NCBI GenBank assembly: GCA_963422645.2
Contig: CAXXVO010000008.1
Coordinates: forward strand, 512,001-576,000
Length of the DNA: 64,000 nt
Reading direction: 5' to 3'
Origin: Alphaproteobacteria bacterium
GTDB taxonomy: Bacteria; Pseudomonadota; Alphaproteobacteria; UBA828
Under the pieces are notes generated by a model that saw nothing but the letters and a program-made list of their open reading frames with translations, had not been told where the DNA came from and did not search any database. Shown here one piece after another: positions 9,388 through 19,339 of the stretch (positions are counted from its first letter, which is position 1; every line of letters starts with the position of its first letter). A program made the position numbers and the translations under genes.

Positions 9388-10973
9388 TCCGGACGGCGGG
9401 CGAGCGCGACCGCGCAGCCCGTAGACAAGAGCTGCCCGGCGGTCACCGCCGCATTGGTCAGCGCCGTCGCCGTCACCCGGGTCGCGTCGATCACGCCGGC
9501 CTCGCGATAGGGGCGAAAGGCGCCCTCGCGTGCGTCGAAGCCGATGTCCGCCGACGCTTCCCTCAGCGTTTCGAGGGCGATGGACGGCTCGCACCCGGCG
9601 GCGCCCGCGATGCGGCGGAAGGGCTCCTGCAGGGCACGGGCGAAGGCGCGGCGCTCGGGCTCCGCCGAACCGGCGGCACCGTCTTCGATGGCGAAGGCGA
9701 CGCGCGCGAGCGCCACGCCGCCGCCCGCGACCACACCCTCCGCCGCTGCCGCGCGGGCGGTGTTGAGCGCGTTCTCGCAGGCCTTGTAGCGCGCCTTCCA
9801 GGCGGTCTCGGTGACGCCGCCGACCCGAAGGTTGGCGACGCCCGAGACGAGCCGGGCAAGCCGCGCCTCGAGCTTGCCCCGGTCGTAGCTCTTGCGCTCG
9901 TGCTCGATGGCGTCGCGAATTTGCGCGGCGCGACGCTCCACCGCCGCCGCCTCGCCACCGCTACCAAAGATGGTGGTCGAGACCCCGTCCACGATCGCCC
10001 GCTTGGCGGAGCCGAGCGCGGTGGCGTCGACCTTTTCCGGCAACAGGCCGGTTTCCTCGCCGACCATGCGCCCGCCCGTGAGCACCGCGACGTCGTCGGT
10101 CGCGACATGGCGATAGATGCCGGACTCCGGTCCCTTCGCCGCCGCGCAATGGACCGTCCCCTCGCGGTGGTTGGTCAGCAAGGCTGCGAGCGCCTGGTCG
10201 GAGACATCCTGCGCCAGCACCAGCAGGCTCCGCTTGCCCTCGCGCGCCGCCTCCAGCGCAGGCACGACCTGGGCCGCTTCGGTCAGCTCGCCCTGGCACA
10301 TCAGCAGGAAGGGCTGGTCGAGCTTGACCTCCGTCTCGCCCGCCTTGAGCAGGAAGTTGCGCGAGAGCAGGCCGTGCTCGAAGGCCATGCCGCTCATGTA
10401 GTCGACCGTCGTATCGACGCCCTGGTGGTAGGAGATGCTGACGACGCCCTCGGGCCCTAGGCGCTCCACCGCCTCGGCCACCAGGCCCGCAATCTCATCG
10501 TCGCCGTCGGCGGCGACACCGGCGAGCTGCGCGAGCATCGCGCGGCCTGCGACCGGGCCGCTGTGCGGCTCCAGTGCCGCCAGGGCCTCGCGCGTGAGCC
10601 GCTCGAAGCCGCGCCGCACCGAGGGCGGATCGATTCCCGCCGCCACCAGGCGCAACCCGGCCTCGGCGAAAGCGCCGGCGAGCAGCGCCGTGGTGGTCGA
10701 GCCGTCGCCCACTGCATCGCGGGTCTTCTTGACGCAGGCCTTCAGCAGCTCCGTGCCGAGGGTCGCGAAGCGGTCCTCGTCCTCGAGGTCCCTGATGGCG
10801 GTGAAGCCGTCGCGGGTGAGCTCGGGGTAATCGTCCGCGCGCTCCAGCACGACGCGGCCGCCGTGAGGGCCGAGCGTCAGCCCCGCGAGCCGGGCGGTGT
10901 GCCCGAAACCCGCCATCAACGCCTCGCGGGCGTCGGCTCCGGTCTTGATGTGCTTGGGCCGCTCGAGCGCCAT
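9378..10973 (-). CDS. Divergent GroEL/Cpn60-family chaperonin paralogue
   Basis: TLGPHG, TRDG, GDGSTTT, EGVVAGGG, GVIDA motifs; 531 aa; no GGM tail and no adjacent groES. Confidence 0.88.
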   Translation of the reverse strand: MALERPKHIKTGADAREALMAGFGHTARLAGLTLGPHGGRVVLERADDYPELTRDGFTAIRDLEDEDRFATLGTELLKACVKKTRDAVGDGSTTTALLAGAFAEAGLRLVAAGIDPPSVRRGFERLTREALAALEPHSGPVAGRAMLAQLAGVAADGDDEIAGLVAEAVERLGPEGVVSISYHQGVDTTVDYMSGMAFEHGLLSRNFLLKAGETEVKLDQPFLLMCQGELTEAAQVVPALEAAREGKRSLLVLAQDVSDQALAALLTNHREGTVHCAAAKGPESGIYRHVATDDVAVLTGGRMVGEETGLLPEKVDATALGSAKRAIVDGVSTTIFGSGGEAAAVERRAAQIRDAIEHERKSYDRGKLEARLARLVSGVANLRVGGVTETAWKARYKACENALNTARAAAAEGVVAGGGVALARVAFAIEDGAAGSAEPERRAFARALQEPFRRIAGAAGCEPSIALETLREASADIGFDAREGAFRPYREAGVIDATRVTATALTNAAVTAGQLLSTGCAVALARRPDAI

Positions 10974-11069
10974 GGGACGATCTTCCGCGCTACTGAGCAG
11001 CGGTCAACGGCAACGGCGCGGCCGGGGCGTTCGCCTCGGCCGCGCCGCGCCTAGTCGAAGGGGAGTGGA

Positions 11070-12428
11070 TCAGGCCGCGCTGAAGCGGTTCCACTCCTTG
11101 ATGTAGCTGGTCACGTGCGTGGGCCACACCATCCAGAACGCGATGTTGGACTGGCGCCGGGTCTTCGGGCCGGTATCGCGGTCCTTGCCCATGTACCAGC
11201 GCCGGTAGTCCTCCACGGTCAGGAAATTGAGCACCGGGTCGGGGCAGGGCGAGTAGTAGCCCTGCGGTGCGACCGCCGAGCCCCACCAGCCGTCGAGGCA
11301 CCAGTCCATATAGGCCATGGCGACCTCGGGCTCAGGCGCTTCGCTGGAGAGGCACATGGTGTGGACCCAGGCAGCGGTGCCTTCGAAGACGTCGACGTAC
11401 CAGCACGGGATGCCGCGCTTCTTCACGTCCTCCACCACCGGGTTCCAGCAGTCCATGCCCCACACCTCCTCGGAGGCAAGCAGGTTCACGGCCTCGCCGT
11501 AGTTGTTCCAGATGAGGCGGAACACGCCGTCGTTCTTGGCGGCGATGAGGTAGTCCACCACACCCGCTATCTCGTCGGGCTCCATGTCGGAGTTGCCGAC
11601 CTTGGGCGGGTCCATGATCCCGTTCTTCCAGAGGAAGCTGTAGGCGCGGGGCGGCCCCATCAGCTCGTCGTTCTGAATCGAGGTCTTGCCGGTCGCATCC
11701 ACGTCGCGCCACTTGCCGGTGTAGAGCAACCCTAGCGAGTCGGGAATCGCGAAGTCCGGCTGCGTGGGCGCGAACTTGTGCGGCAGCACGCCGAGCGCGT
11801 CCATGTTGTAGAACTGCGGCACGCCGTAGAAGGAGTCCTTGTTCTCGTCCCAGTAGACGATGTTGGAGGGCCAGCCGGTTACGTCGTCGGCACCGATGTG
11901 GCCGGGCTGGGTGTAGAGCGAATCGGCGAACTCCCAGTTGGTGATCTTCTCCGCCGGGATCGGCACGATCACCTCGGCCTCCCGCAGCGCCGGCTGGCGG
12001 TAGGCGTTGGTCTCGATCATCGAGTAGGTCTTGTTGCCGCCGGTGATGAACTTGGTGATCATCTCGCTCAAGCCGGCCACCGTCCCCGACACGTCGAGGT
12101 TGGTGTCCTCCTTGAACCTGTTGAAGAAACGCTCCTGCACCGAGACCCCGAGGCCGATGGTCTGCATCGGGTCTTCCTGGGTGATGCCGGCGATGCGTTC
12201 CGCAAGGCCCGCACGCGCGCTGCCGGTGCCGAGCACTGTGCCGGCTGCAGCCGCCGTCGCGCCAGCCGCGGCGAGGAAGGTGCGGCGGTCGATTCCTCCG
12301 CCCTCCGACTCCTCCGCCTCGGCATCGCGGAAGCGCTTGATCGCCTTTTCTTCCGCCGCCATCGCGGTATGGAGATCCATCCGGTCGGATAGACTCTCGT
12401 ACTTCTTCTCGAGATGCTTGCTGTCCAT
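11070..12428 (-). CDS. PotD/PotF-like ABC transporter substrate-binding protein with Tat signal
   Basis: RBS GGAG then MDSKH; IDRRTFLAA twin-arginine motif; follows potABC-like genes. Confidence 0.8.
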   Translation of the reverse strand: MDSKHLEKKYESLSDRMDLHTAMAAEEKAIKRFRDAEAEESEGGGIDRRTFLAAAGATAAAAGTVLGTGSARAGLAERIAGITQEDPMQTIGLGVSVQERFFNRFKEDTNLDVSGTVAGLSEMITKFITGGNKTYSMIETNAYRQPALREAEVIVPIPAEKITNWEFADSLYTQPGHIGADDVTGWPSNIVYWDENKDSFYGVPQFYNMDALGVLPHKFAPTQPDFAIPDSLGLLYTGKWRDVDATGKTSIQNDELMGPPRAYSFLWKNGIMDPPKVGNSDMEPDEIAGVVDYLIAAKNDGVFRLIWNNYGEAVNLLASEEVWGMDCWNPVVEDVKKRGIPCWYVDVFEGTAAWVHTMCLSSEAPEPEVAMAYMDWCLDGWWGSAVAPQGYYSPCPDPVLNFLTVEDYRRWYMGKDRDTGPKTRRQSNIAFWMVWPTHVTSYIKEWNRFSAA

Positions 12429-12493
12429 GGTCTCCTCCCTGTGTAGTCTCCGTTGCCTGTTCGGGCCGGTCCGGGCGCCGCCGGGCCGGCATA

Positions 12494-13375
12494 CTAAACC
12501 CGATGCTCCTCCTGCCCCGTGAAGCGAGGCCGGTAACGGCTCGCGGTCATCAGGTAGCCGAAGATCCCGATGACCGCGAACGAGATCAGCGTGATGATGA
12601 CGCCGACCGCGAAGATGCGCGGCGTGATGCGGATCGTGGTCGCGCCCAGCACGTCCAGCGGCAGCGTGTTCTGCGATCCGGACACCAGAACGGTGCGGGC
12701 GAATTCGTCGAACGAGAGTGTGAAGCCGAAGAGCGCGGACGCCATGATACCCGGCTTCATGATCGGCAGCGTGATGTGCCAGAAGGTGCGCCAGCTGTTG
12801 GCGCCAAGGCACATTGCCGCCTCCTCCGTTGAGCGGTCGAAGCGGCTGAACACGGTCAGCATCACGATGAAGCAGAAGGGGAAGGTCCAGAGGATGTGGA
12901 CCGGCAGCGTGGTGCCCAGCCAGTGCTTGTCGATGCCGATGCCCTGCCAGAAGAGCGCGTGGCCCAGCCCCACCGTGACGCCCGGGATCATGATGCCGAC
13001 CAGGTAGAGGTAGAAGATCGGCCCGGCGCCCAGGAAGCGCGCGCGCATCGCCTGCGCCGCCATCGTCGCAAGCACCGTCGAGATGCACATGACGAGGAGT
13101 GCCAGCACCAGCGAGCGCAGGCCGGCATTGCCGAAGTCGCCCACGTATTCGCCGATGTCCCGGGCCGTGCCCGAGGGGTTGAAGAGCCGCTCGTACCAGA
13201 AAGGGCTTGTCCCCTGCATGGGGAAGGTCGGCCCGCCGTCCTCGCCCTGGAAGGAGAGGATCACCATGACGATGAAGGGCCCGTAGAGCATCAGCACGAA
13301 GACCACCACGTAGACCGCGAGGACGATTTTCACCCAGCCGAACTTGGCGACGTGATAGCTGGTGGGCTCAGGCAC
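12494..13375 (-). CDS. ABC transporter permease (PotC-like)
   Basis: EEAAMCLGA EAA loop; FTLSFDEF. Confidence 0.9.
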   Translation of the reverse strand: MPEPTSYHVAKFGWVKIVLAVYVVVFVLMLYGPFIVMVILSFQGEDGGPTFPMQGTSPFWYERLFNPSGTARDIGEYVGDFGNAGLRSLVLALLVMCISTVLATMAAQAMRARFLGAGPIFYLYLVGIMIPGVTVGLGHALFWQGIGIDKHWLGTTLPVHILWTFPFCFIVMLTVFSRFDRSTEEAAMCLGANSWRTFWHITLPIMKPGIMASALFGFTLSFDEFARTVLVSGSQNTLPLDVLGATTIRITPRIFAVGVIITLISFAVIGIFGYLMTASRYRPRFTGQEEHRV

Positions 13376-13378
13376 GGC

Positions 13379-14284
13379 TCAGAGCTCCCGCCGCAGATTG
13401 ACGAACTGGAAGATCAGCACGATCACCGGGATCGAAACCAGCACCATGACCACCGCCACGGCGGACGCCGCGGGCCACTGCAGCAGGCCTTGCTGCTGGA
13501 TCAGCACGTTTGCCAGCATGGTCGTCTTGCCGCCGCCGATGAACTTCTGGATCGCGAACTCGCCCATCATCACGACGAAGACGAAGAGGACTCCTGTCGC
13601 GAGCCCCGGCTTGGTCAGCGGCACGATGATCTTCCAGAAGGTGGTCCAGGCCGAGGCGCCGAGGTCGCGCGCCGCCTCGATCACCTGGCGGTCGATCTTG
13701 GCCATGGAGAAATAGATCGGCCCGATCATGAACACCGACCAGATGATCGCCATGGAGAACACCATGGAGGGTTCGCTGTAGAGCAGGATCTCCGCCGGCT
13801 CGTCGATGATGCCGAGCCCCATGAGGATCTGGTTGATCAGGCCCTTGCGGCCGAGCAGCGGCAGCCACGCCACCATGCGGATCAGCGCGCTGGTCCAGAA
13901 GGGCACGATGCAGAGCAGCAGAATGTAGAGCTTGAGCCGCTCGCTCTTGACGAAGAAGCAGACGTAGTAGGCCACCGGATAGCAGAGCAGCACCATCAGC
14001 GGCAGCACGATGAGCGCGATCAGGAAGGTGAAGCCCAGGGTCTGCAGGTAGGTCGCGGTGGAGAAGAACTCGATGTAGTTGTCGAGCACGAAGCCCGGCT
14101 TCATGCCGTAGGCCCAGGGCTTGTAGAAGCTGAAGACCACCACCGAGACCAGCGGGATGCCGCAGAAGAGCGCCATCAGGAAGGTCGGCGCGGCGACCAG
14201 CAGAAGGGCCTGGCGCGCGCGCTTCTTGGTCAGCGTCATCCCGGACGAAACGGCCGGGACCGGAGCTTGCGCTACGTCCGTCAC
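13379..14284 (-). CDS. ABC transporter permease (PotB-like)
   Basis: PFWTSALIR; IEAARDLGA EAA loop. Confidence 0.9.
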   Translation of the reverse strand: MTDVAQAPVPAVSSGMTLTKKRARQALLLVAAPTFLMALFCGIPLVSVVVFSFYKPWAYGMKPGFVLDNYIEFFSTATYLQTLGFTFLIALIVLPLMVLLCYPVAYYVCFFVKSERLKLYILLLCIVPFWTSALIRMVAWLPLLGRKGLINQILMGLGIIDEPAEILLYSEPSMVFSMAIIWSVFMIGPIYFSMAKIDRQVIEAARDLGASAWTTFWKIIVPLTKPGLATGVLFVFVVMMGEFAIQKFIGGGKTTMLANVLIQQQGLLQWPAASAVAVVMVLVSIPVIVLIFQFVNLRREL

Positions 14285-14344
14285 CTGGCCTTCGCCCCGC
14301 CCGTCATGGCTGCCCGTGCTCCAGTGCCGGTGTGGTCCGGGCGC

Positions 14345-15427
14345 TCACTCGAACACCACCAACGCATCGCCGGTGTTCCAGCCCACCCTCACCTTGTCGC
14401 CGTGGCCGAGCGCGGTGATCACCGCCGGCGGCTCGTGCTCGTCGACGCGGATCGAATCGCCGCTCGGCAGGTCGACGTTGAACTCGATCTGCGAGGTTTC
14501 GAAGATGGAGAACGACACCTCGCCCTCGACCGTGTTTTCGGGCGTCTCGCCGTTGAGCAGCAGGTTGGTCAGGCTCGCCCGCACCACCACGTGGCAGTCC
14601 TTGCGCGCCGGCGCGTCGTCTCCGATCCGCGCGCGGAAGGTGCCGGCCGGCCCGGTGACGGTGGCGATGCCCTTCTCCACGCCGGTGATATCGCCCGCCA
14701 GGATGTTGTTCTTGCCGACGAACTGGGCGACGAAGAGGTTCTTGGGGCGGTGGGTCACGTCCTCCGGCGGGCCGATCTGCTCGATCCGCCCCTGGTTCAT
14801 GATCACCACCCGGTCGGAGACCGCGAAGGCCTCGGTCTGGGTATGGGTGACGTGCACGAAGGCGACGCCGAAGTCGGTGTTGAGGCGGCGCAGCTCTCGC
14901 TGCATCCGCAAGCGCAGATTCGCGTCGAGCGAGCCCAGCGGCTCGTCGAGCAAGAGCACGTCGGGGCGCGTGACCAGCGCTCGCGCGAGGCCTACGCGCT
15001 GCTGCTGGCCGCCTGAGAGTTGCTGGATCGCGCGGTCGGCCAGTTCATCGATATCCACGGCGCGCAGCATCTCCAGCGCGCGCTGGGTCCGCTCCGCCGA
15101 CGAGACATTGCGCATGCGCAGGCCGAACTCGACGTTCTGCGCCACCGACATGTGCGGGAAGAGCGCGAAGTGCTGGAACACCATGGCGGTGTTGCGCTCG
15201 TGCGGCTCCAGGTGCGTGCAGTCGCGCCCGGCGATCAGGATCTGGCCATCCGTCGGTTCCTCGAAGCCGGAGATCATGCGCAGCGTGGTGGTCTTGCCGC
15301 AGCCCGACGGGCCGATGAAGGAGATGTACTCGCCTTGCGCGATGTGGAGCGTCATCTCGTCAACGGCGAGGATATCCCTGCCGAAGCGCTTGGTGACGTT
15401 GATCAGATCGACGGCGATGTCACTCAT
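14345..15427 (-). CDS. ABC transporter ATP-binding protein (PotA-like)
   Basis: GPSGCGKT, LSGGQQQR, LLLDEP; probable start MSDIAV. Confidence 0.92.
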   Translation of the reverse strand: MSDIAVDLINVTKRFGRDILAVDEMTLHIAQGEYISFIGPSGCGKTTTLRMISGFEEPTDGQILIAGRDCTHLEPHERNTAMVFQHFALFPHMSVAQNVEFGLRMRNVSSAERTQRALEMLRAVDIDELADRAIQQLSGGQQQRVGLARALVTRPDVLLLDEPLGSLDANLRLRMQRELRRLNTDFGVAFVHVTHTQTEAFAVSDRVVIMNQGRIEQIGPPEDVTHRPKNLFVAQFVGKNNILAGDITGVEKGIATVTGPAGTFRARIGDDAPARKDCHVVVRASLTNLLLNGETPENTVEGEVSFSIFETSQIEFNVDLPSGDSIRVDEHEPPAVITALGHGDKVRVGWNTGDALVVFE

Positions 15428-15532
15428 GCCGCTCCCTACCGTCCCCGTGCCTCCCGGCCGCTGCGCGGCCGTGTCTCGTTGGCCCTGTCGCAAGTCATTG
15501 CTGTTATTACATTCTCACTCGGACCAAGGTTG

Positions 15533-15562
15533 AGTCTAACTGCCGTCGAAGCGCGCCGTCAA
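15533..15562 (-). promoter_or_regulatory. Candidate sigma70 promoter for the ABC/groEL-like operon
   Basis: TTGACG-N18-TAGACT on minus strand ~105 bp upstream of the ATPase gene. Confidence 0.5.
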
Positions 15563-15739
15563 CACGAGCGCCCGACCAGCTCCTCACAGGGCCAACGTCA
15601 GCAACAGAAGCGGACGATCAACGTGCTACCAAAATCGGCAGAACACACGTGCCAGGGACAGGCCGCCCGTGGAGGCCGCTTGATCAGGGCCGGAGTCGCA
15701 AGCTAGTGTGCGCCGCTTTACTCAGGGGCGTGGGGCGCC

Positions 15740-16762
15740 ATGACAGCCGTACCGGGTTTCGTCGAACTAATCGGAAACACGCCGCTGGTCCGCCTGCACG
15801 GCCCGTCCGAGGCCACCGGCTGCGAGATCCTCGGCAAGTGCGAGTTCCTGAACCCCGGCGGCTCGGTCAAGGACCGCGCCGCGCTCTTCATCGTGCGCGA
15901 TGCCGAGCGGCGGGGCGTGCTGAAGCCCGGCGGTACCATCGTCGAGGGCACCGCCGGCAACACCGGCATCGGGCTCGCGCTCGTGGGCAACGCACTCGGC
16001 TACCGCTCGGTGATCGTGATCCCCGAGACCCAGAGCCAGGAAAAGAAGGACATGCTGCGGCTCTGCGGCGCGGAGCTGATCCAGGTGCCGGCGGTCCCCT
16101 ATCGCGATCCCAACAACTACGTGAAGTATTCGGGCCGCCTCGCCGACGAGCTCGCCGCCAAGGAGCCGAATGGTGCGGTCTGGGCCAATCAGTTCGACAA
16201 CGTGGCCAATCGCCAGGCCCATTTCGAGACGACGGGGCCCGAGATCTGGGAGCAGACCGGGGGCAAGGTCGACGGCTTCATCTGCGCCGTCGGCACGGGC
16301 GGCACGCTTGCCGGAGTCGGCATGGCACTCAAGGAGCGCAATCAGTCGGTGACGATCGGGATTGCGGACCCGATGGGGGCCGCGCTCTACAATCACTACG
16401 CCCACGGCGAGCTCAAGGCGGAGGGCAGCTCGATCACAGAAGGGATCGGGCAGGGCAGGATCACGGCCAACCTCGAGGGCGCGCCGATCGACGTGCCCTT
16501 CCAGATCCCGGATGCGGAGGCGCTGCCCGTGATCTTCGATCTGGCGCAGAACGAAGGCCACGTCATGGGCGGCTCGACCGGGATCAACGTGGCCGGCGCG
16601 ATCCGGCTGGCCAGGGAACTGGGCCCCGGCCACACCATCGTCACCGTGCTCTGCGACTACGGCACCCGCTATTTCAGCAAGCTCTTCAACCCCGCGTTCC
16701 TGCGCGAGCGCGACCTGCCGGTGCCGCCCTGGCTCGACGACGCTACCGATGCCGCCGACTGA
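15740..16762 (+). CDS. cysK: Cysteine synthase (O-acetylserine sulfhydrylase family)
   Basis: NPGGSVKDR PLP-lysine, GTAGNTG, NQFDN, GTGGT. Confidence 0.9.
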   Translation: MTAVPGFVELIGNTPLVRLHGPSEATGCEILGKCEFLNPGGSVKDRAALFIVRDAERRGVLKPGGTIVEGTAGNTGIGLALVGNALGYRSVIVIPETQSQEKKDMLRLCGAELIQVPAVPYRDPNNYVKYSGRLADELAAKEPNGAVWANQFDNVANRQAHFETTGPEIWEQTGGKVDGFICAVGTGGTLAGVGMALKERNQSVTIGIADPMGAALYNHYAHGELKAEGSSITEGIGQGRITANLEGAPIDVPFQIPDAEALPVIFDLAQNEGHVMGGSTGINVAGAIRLARELGPGHTIVTVLCDYGTRYFSKLFNPAFLRERDLPVPPWLDDATDAAD

Positions 16763-17468
16763 ACTGCTGTTTCGCGCCGAGCCCTACACCCGCACTTGCG
16801 AGGCAAGAGTCAGCGCGGTAGAGGGCGAAGCGGTGCGGCTCGACCGCACGGTCTTCTACCCCGAGGGCGGCGGGCAGCCCGGCGATACCGGGATCCTGCG
16901 GACGGACGACGGCACCGAGATCGCAGTGCGCAACACGCGCAAGGGCAAAGACGCCGATGACGTCCTGCACCTGATCGACCCCGACTCCGCGCCGCCGGCG
17001 CCGGGAAGCCGCGTGGTAGCCGAGTTGGACTGGGAACGCCGCTATCGCCACATGCGCATGCACACCTGCCTGCATCTGCTGAGCGCCGTGATCGACGCGC
17101 CGGTGACCGGCGGGCAGCTTTCGGCAGAAAAGGGCCGCCTCGACTTCGACGTCGACACCAAATTGGATAAAGCCGCGGTCCAGGATGAGCTCAACGCACT
17201 CATCGCGCGGGACTTCCCGGTTGCCGCGCGTTGGATCAGCGACGAGGCGCTCGCGGCGCAGCCGGAGCTGGTGAAGACCATGCGGGTAAGGCCCCCCAGC
17301 GGCCAGGGCCGGGTCAGAGTGATCGACGTCGAGGGGATCGACCTGCAGCCCTGCGGCGGCACCCACGTCGCGCGGACAGGCGAGATCGGCCCGGTCATCG
17401 TCCGCAAGATCGAAAGCAAGGGCCGGCACAACAGGCGCGTCTCGCTCGCGTTCGGAGACCCGGCATGA
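16749..17468 (+). CDS. alaX: Free-standing alanyl-tRNA editing protein (AlaX)
   Basis: FYPEGGGQPGD, HTCLH and CGGTH Zn motifs. Confidence 0.9.
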   Translation: MPPTELLFRAEPYTRTCEARVSAVEGEAVRLDRTVFYPEGGGQPGDTGILRTDDGTEIAVRNTRKGKDADDVLHLIDPDSAPPAPGSRVVAELDWERRYRHMRMHTCLHLLSAVIDAPVTGGQLSAEKGRLDFDVDTKLDKAAVQDELNALIARDFPVAARWISDEALAAQPELVKTMRVRPPSGQGRVRVIDVEGIDLQPCGGTHVARTGEIGPVIVRKIESKGRHNRRVSLAFGDPA

Positions 17469-18331
17469 GCGAGGCCGAGATAGCGCTCATCGTGTCTCCG
17501 GCATGGCTGGCCGCAGAAGGCGGCGCGGGCAGTGCGGTGCGGGTGCTGGACGGCTCATGGCACCTGCCGCCCCTGGCGCGCGATGCGGCCGCCGAGTTCC
17601 TGGAGGCGCACATTCCGGGCGCGGCCTTCTTCGATATCGACGGAATCTGCGATCCCGACTCGTCACTGCCGCACATGCTGCCGTCGCCGGAGCTCTTCGG
17701 GCGCAGCGTCTCGGCGCTGAGCGTCGGCAATGACTCACACGTCGTCGTCTACGACACCTTGGGCCTCTACAGCGCGGCGCGCGTGTGGTGGATGTTCCGC
17801 GTTTTCGGGCACGAGCGTGTTTCGATTCTCGCCGGCGGCTTGCCGCGCTGGCGGGCGGAAGACCACTCGGTGGAGAGCGGGGAGCCCTCGATCGCACAGG
17901 GATCGTTCACGGCGCGGGCCCGTGACGACACGCTGGTTCGCTCGTTCGACCAGGTCCGCGCCACGCTCGGCACAGAGAGCGCGCAGATCGTGGACGCACG
18001 CGCTGCCGCCCGCTTCACGGGCGAGGATCCGGGGCCGAGGCCCGACCTGCCGCGCGGTCACATTCCCGGCAGCCGCAACGTCCCCTTCGACGCCGTCCTG
18101 GACGATGACGACGGCGCGCTGGGCAACGCGGCGGCGATTCGACGCGCCTTCGCCGATGCCGGGGTCGATCCCGCCCGGCCGATTATCGCCACCTGCGGGT
18201 CCGGCATCACGGCGTGCACGCTGGCGCTCGCGCTCGCCGCAATCGGCGCCGAGCAGGTCGCCGTCTACGACGGCTCCTGGACCGATTGGGGCAGCCGCTT
18301 GGACGCCCCGGTCGAAAGCGGCCCAGCTTAG
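17465..18331 (+). CDS. sseA: 3-mercaptopyruvate sulfurtransferase (tandem rhodanese)
   Basis: HIPGA.FFDID, CGSGITAC active site, YDGSWTDW. Confidence 0.9.
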   Translation: MSEAEIALIVSPAWLAAEGGAGSAVRVLDGSWHLPPLARDAAAEFLEAHIPGAAFFDIDGICDPDSSLPHMLPSPELFGRSVSALSVGNDSHVVVYDTLGLYSAARVWWMFRVFGHERVSILAGGLPRWRAEDHSVESGEPSIAQGSFTARARDDTLVRSFDQVRATLGTESAQIVDARAAARFTGEDPGPRPDLPRGHIPGSRNVPFDAVLDDDDGALGNAAAIRRAFADAGVDPARPIIATCGSGITACTLALALAAIGAEQVAVYDGSWTDWGSRLDAPVESGPA

Positions 18332-18342
18332 AGGGGCGCACG

Positions 18343-19302
18343 ATGCTGCTGAGGAGAAGGGACTTCACCATCGGAGCCGCCATGGTGGCTGCGTTGCCCC
18401 TGGTTTCGGCCGTCAGGGCTGCGACGCTGGAGGCCAAGAGCGAGCCCCGGTCCGGCGACATGATCGGCACGCTCAGGCATATCGTCGCCACCTACGAGGA
18501 CACTCTGCTCGATCTCGCACGCGCCAACGGCCTGGGGTACGTCGAGATGATCGCGGCCAACCGCGGCATCGACCCCTGGGTCCCCGGCGAAGACACGCCG
18601 ATTGTGCTGCCCACCGCTCACATCCTGCCGGACGCCGACCGTGAGGGGCTGGTCGTCAACCTCGCCGAGCATCGCCTCTATTACTTCGGGCCCGAAGGCA
18701 CAGAGCCCACAACCTTCCCGCTCGGAGTGGGAAGAGAGGGTTGGGCGACGCCGCTCGGCACCACCGAGATCGTGCGCAAGAAGGAAGGACCCGCCTGGTA
18801 CCCGCCGGACTCCATCCGTGCCGAGAATCCTAATCTGCCCAAGGTTGTGCCGCCGGGCCCCAACAATCCGCTCGGCAGCCATGCGCTCTACTTCGATTGG
18901 CCCCTCTATCTCATTCACGGCACGAACATGCCGTGGGGCGTCGGGCGGCGGGTAAGCCACGGCTGCATTCGTCTCTATCCTGAGGATATCGCGCAGCTGT
19001 TCGAGCTCGTGCCGGTCGGCACCCCGGTCCAGGTCATAAGCCAGCCGATCAAGATCGGCTGGTATGACGGCGAGCTCTATGTGGAGGCGCACCCCGAGGC
19101 CGAACAGGCGGACGAGCTGGAGAGGACAGGGCAGATCGAGAGCGTCGACGTGCGCTCGCGCGCCGACGCCCTCTACCGAATAAAGGCGCAAGCAAGTGCA
19201 GACCAGGATCGACTGGACTGGCAGCTCATCCGCAGGGCTCTAATGGAACGGTCCGGCGTCCCTGTCCAAGTCACCGTGGACCGGTCTACGACTCCCGGCT
19301 AG
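18343..19302 (+). CDS. L,D-transpeptidase (ErfK/YcfS/YnhG type)
   Basis: PGPNNPLG, IHGT...VSHGCIRL catalytic motif; LysM-like N-region. Confidence 0.92.
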   Translation: MLLRRRDFTIGAAMVAALPLVSAVRAATLEAKSEPRSGDMIGTLRHIVATYEDTLLDLARANGLGYVEMIAANRGIDPWVPGEDTPIVLPTAHILPDADREGLVVNLAEHRLYYFGPEGTEPTTFPLGVGREGWATPLGTTEIVRKKEGPAWYPPDSIRAENPNLPKVVPPGPNNPLGSHALYFDWPLYLIHGTNMPWGVGRRVSHGCIRLYPEDIAQLFELVPVGTPVQVISQPIKIGWYDGELYVEAHPEAEQADELERTGQIESVDVRSRADALYRIKAQASADQDRLDWQLIRRALMERSGVPVQVTVDRSTTPG

Positions 19303-19339
19303 CCGAGGATGGGCGGCGAGAGTTGGCCGCCCGCCGGCT

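Noticed and set aside
12429-13088. 672-aa version of the SBP
   Set aside because: The extension overlaps the permease in another frame; an RBS supports the start at 12428.
15740-18331. cysK-alaX-sseA as a novel sulfur/tRNA-editing system
   Set aside because: To my knowledge a common alphaproteobacterial gene cluster; nothing unusual in these copies.
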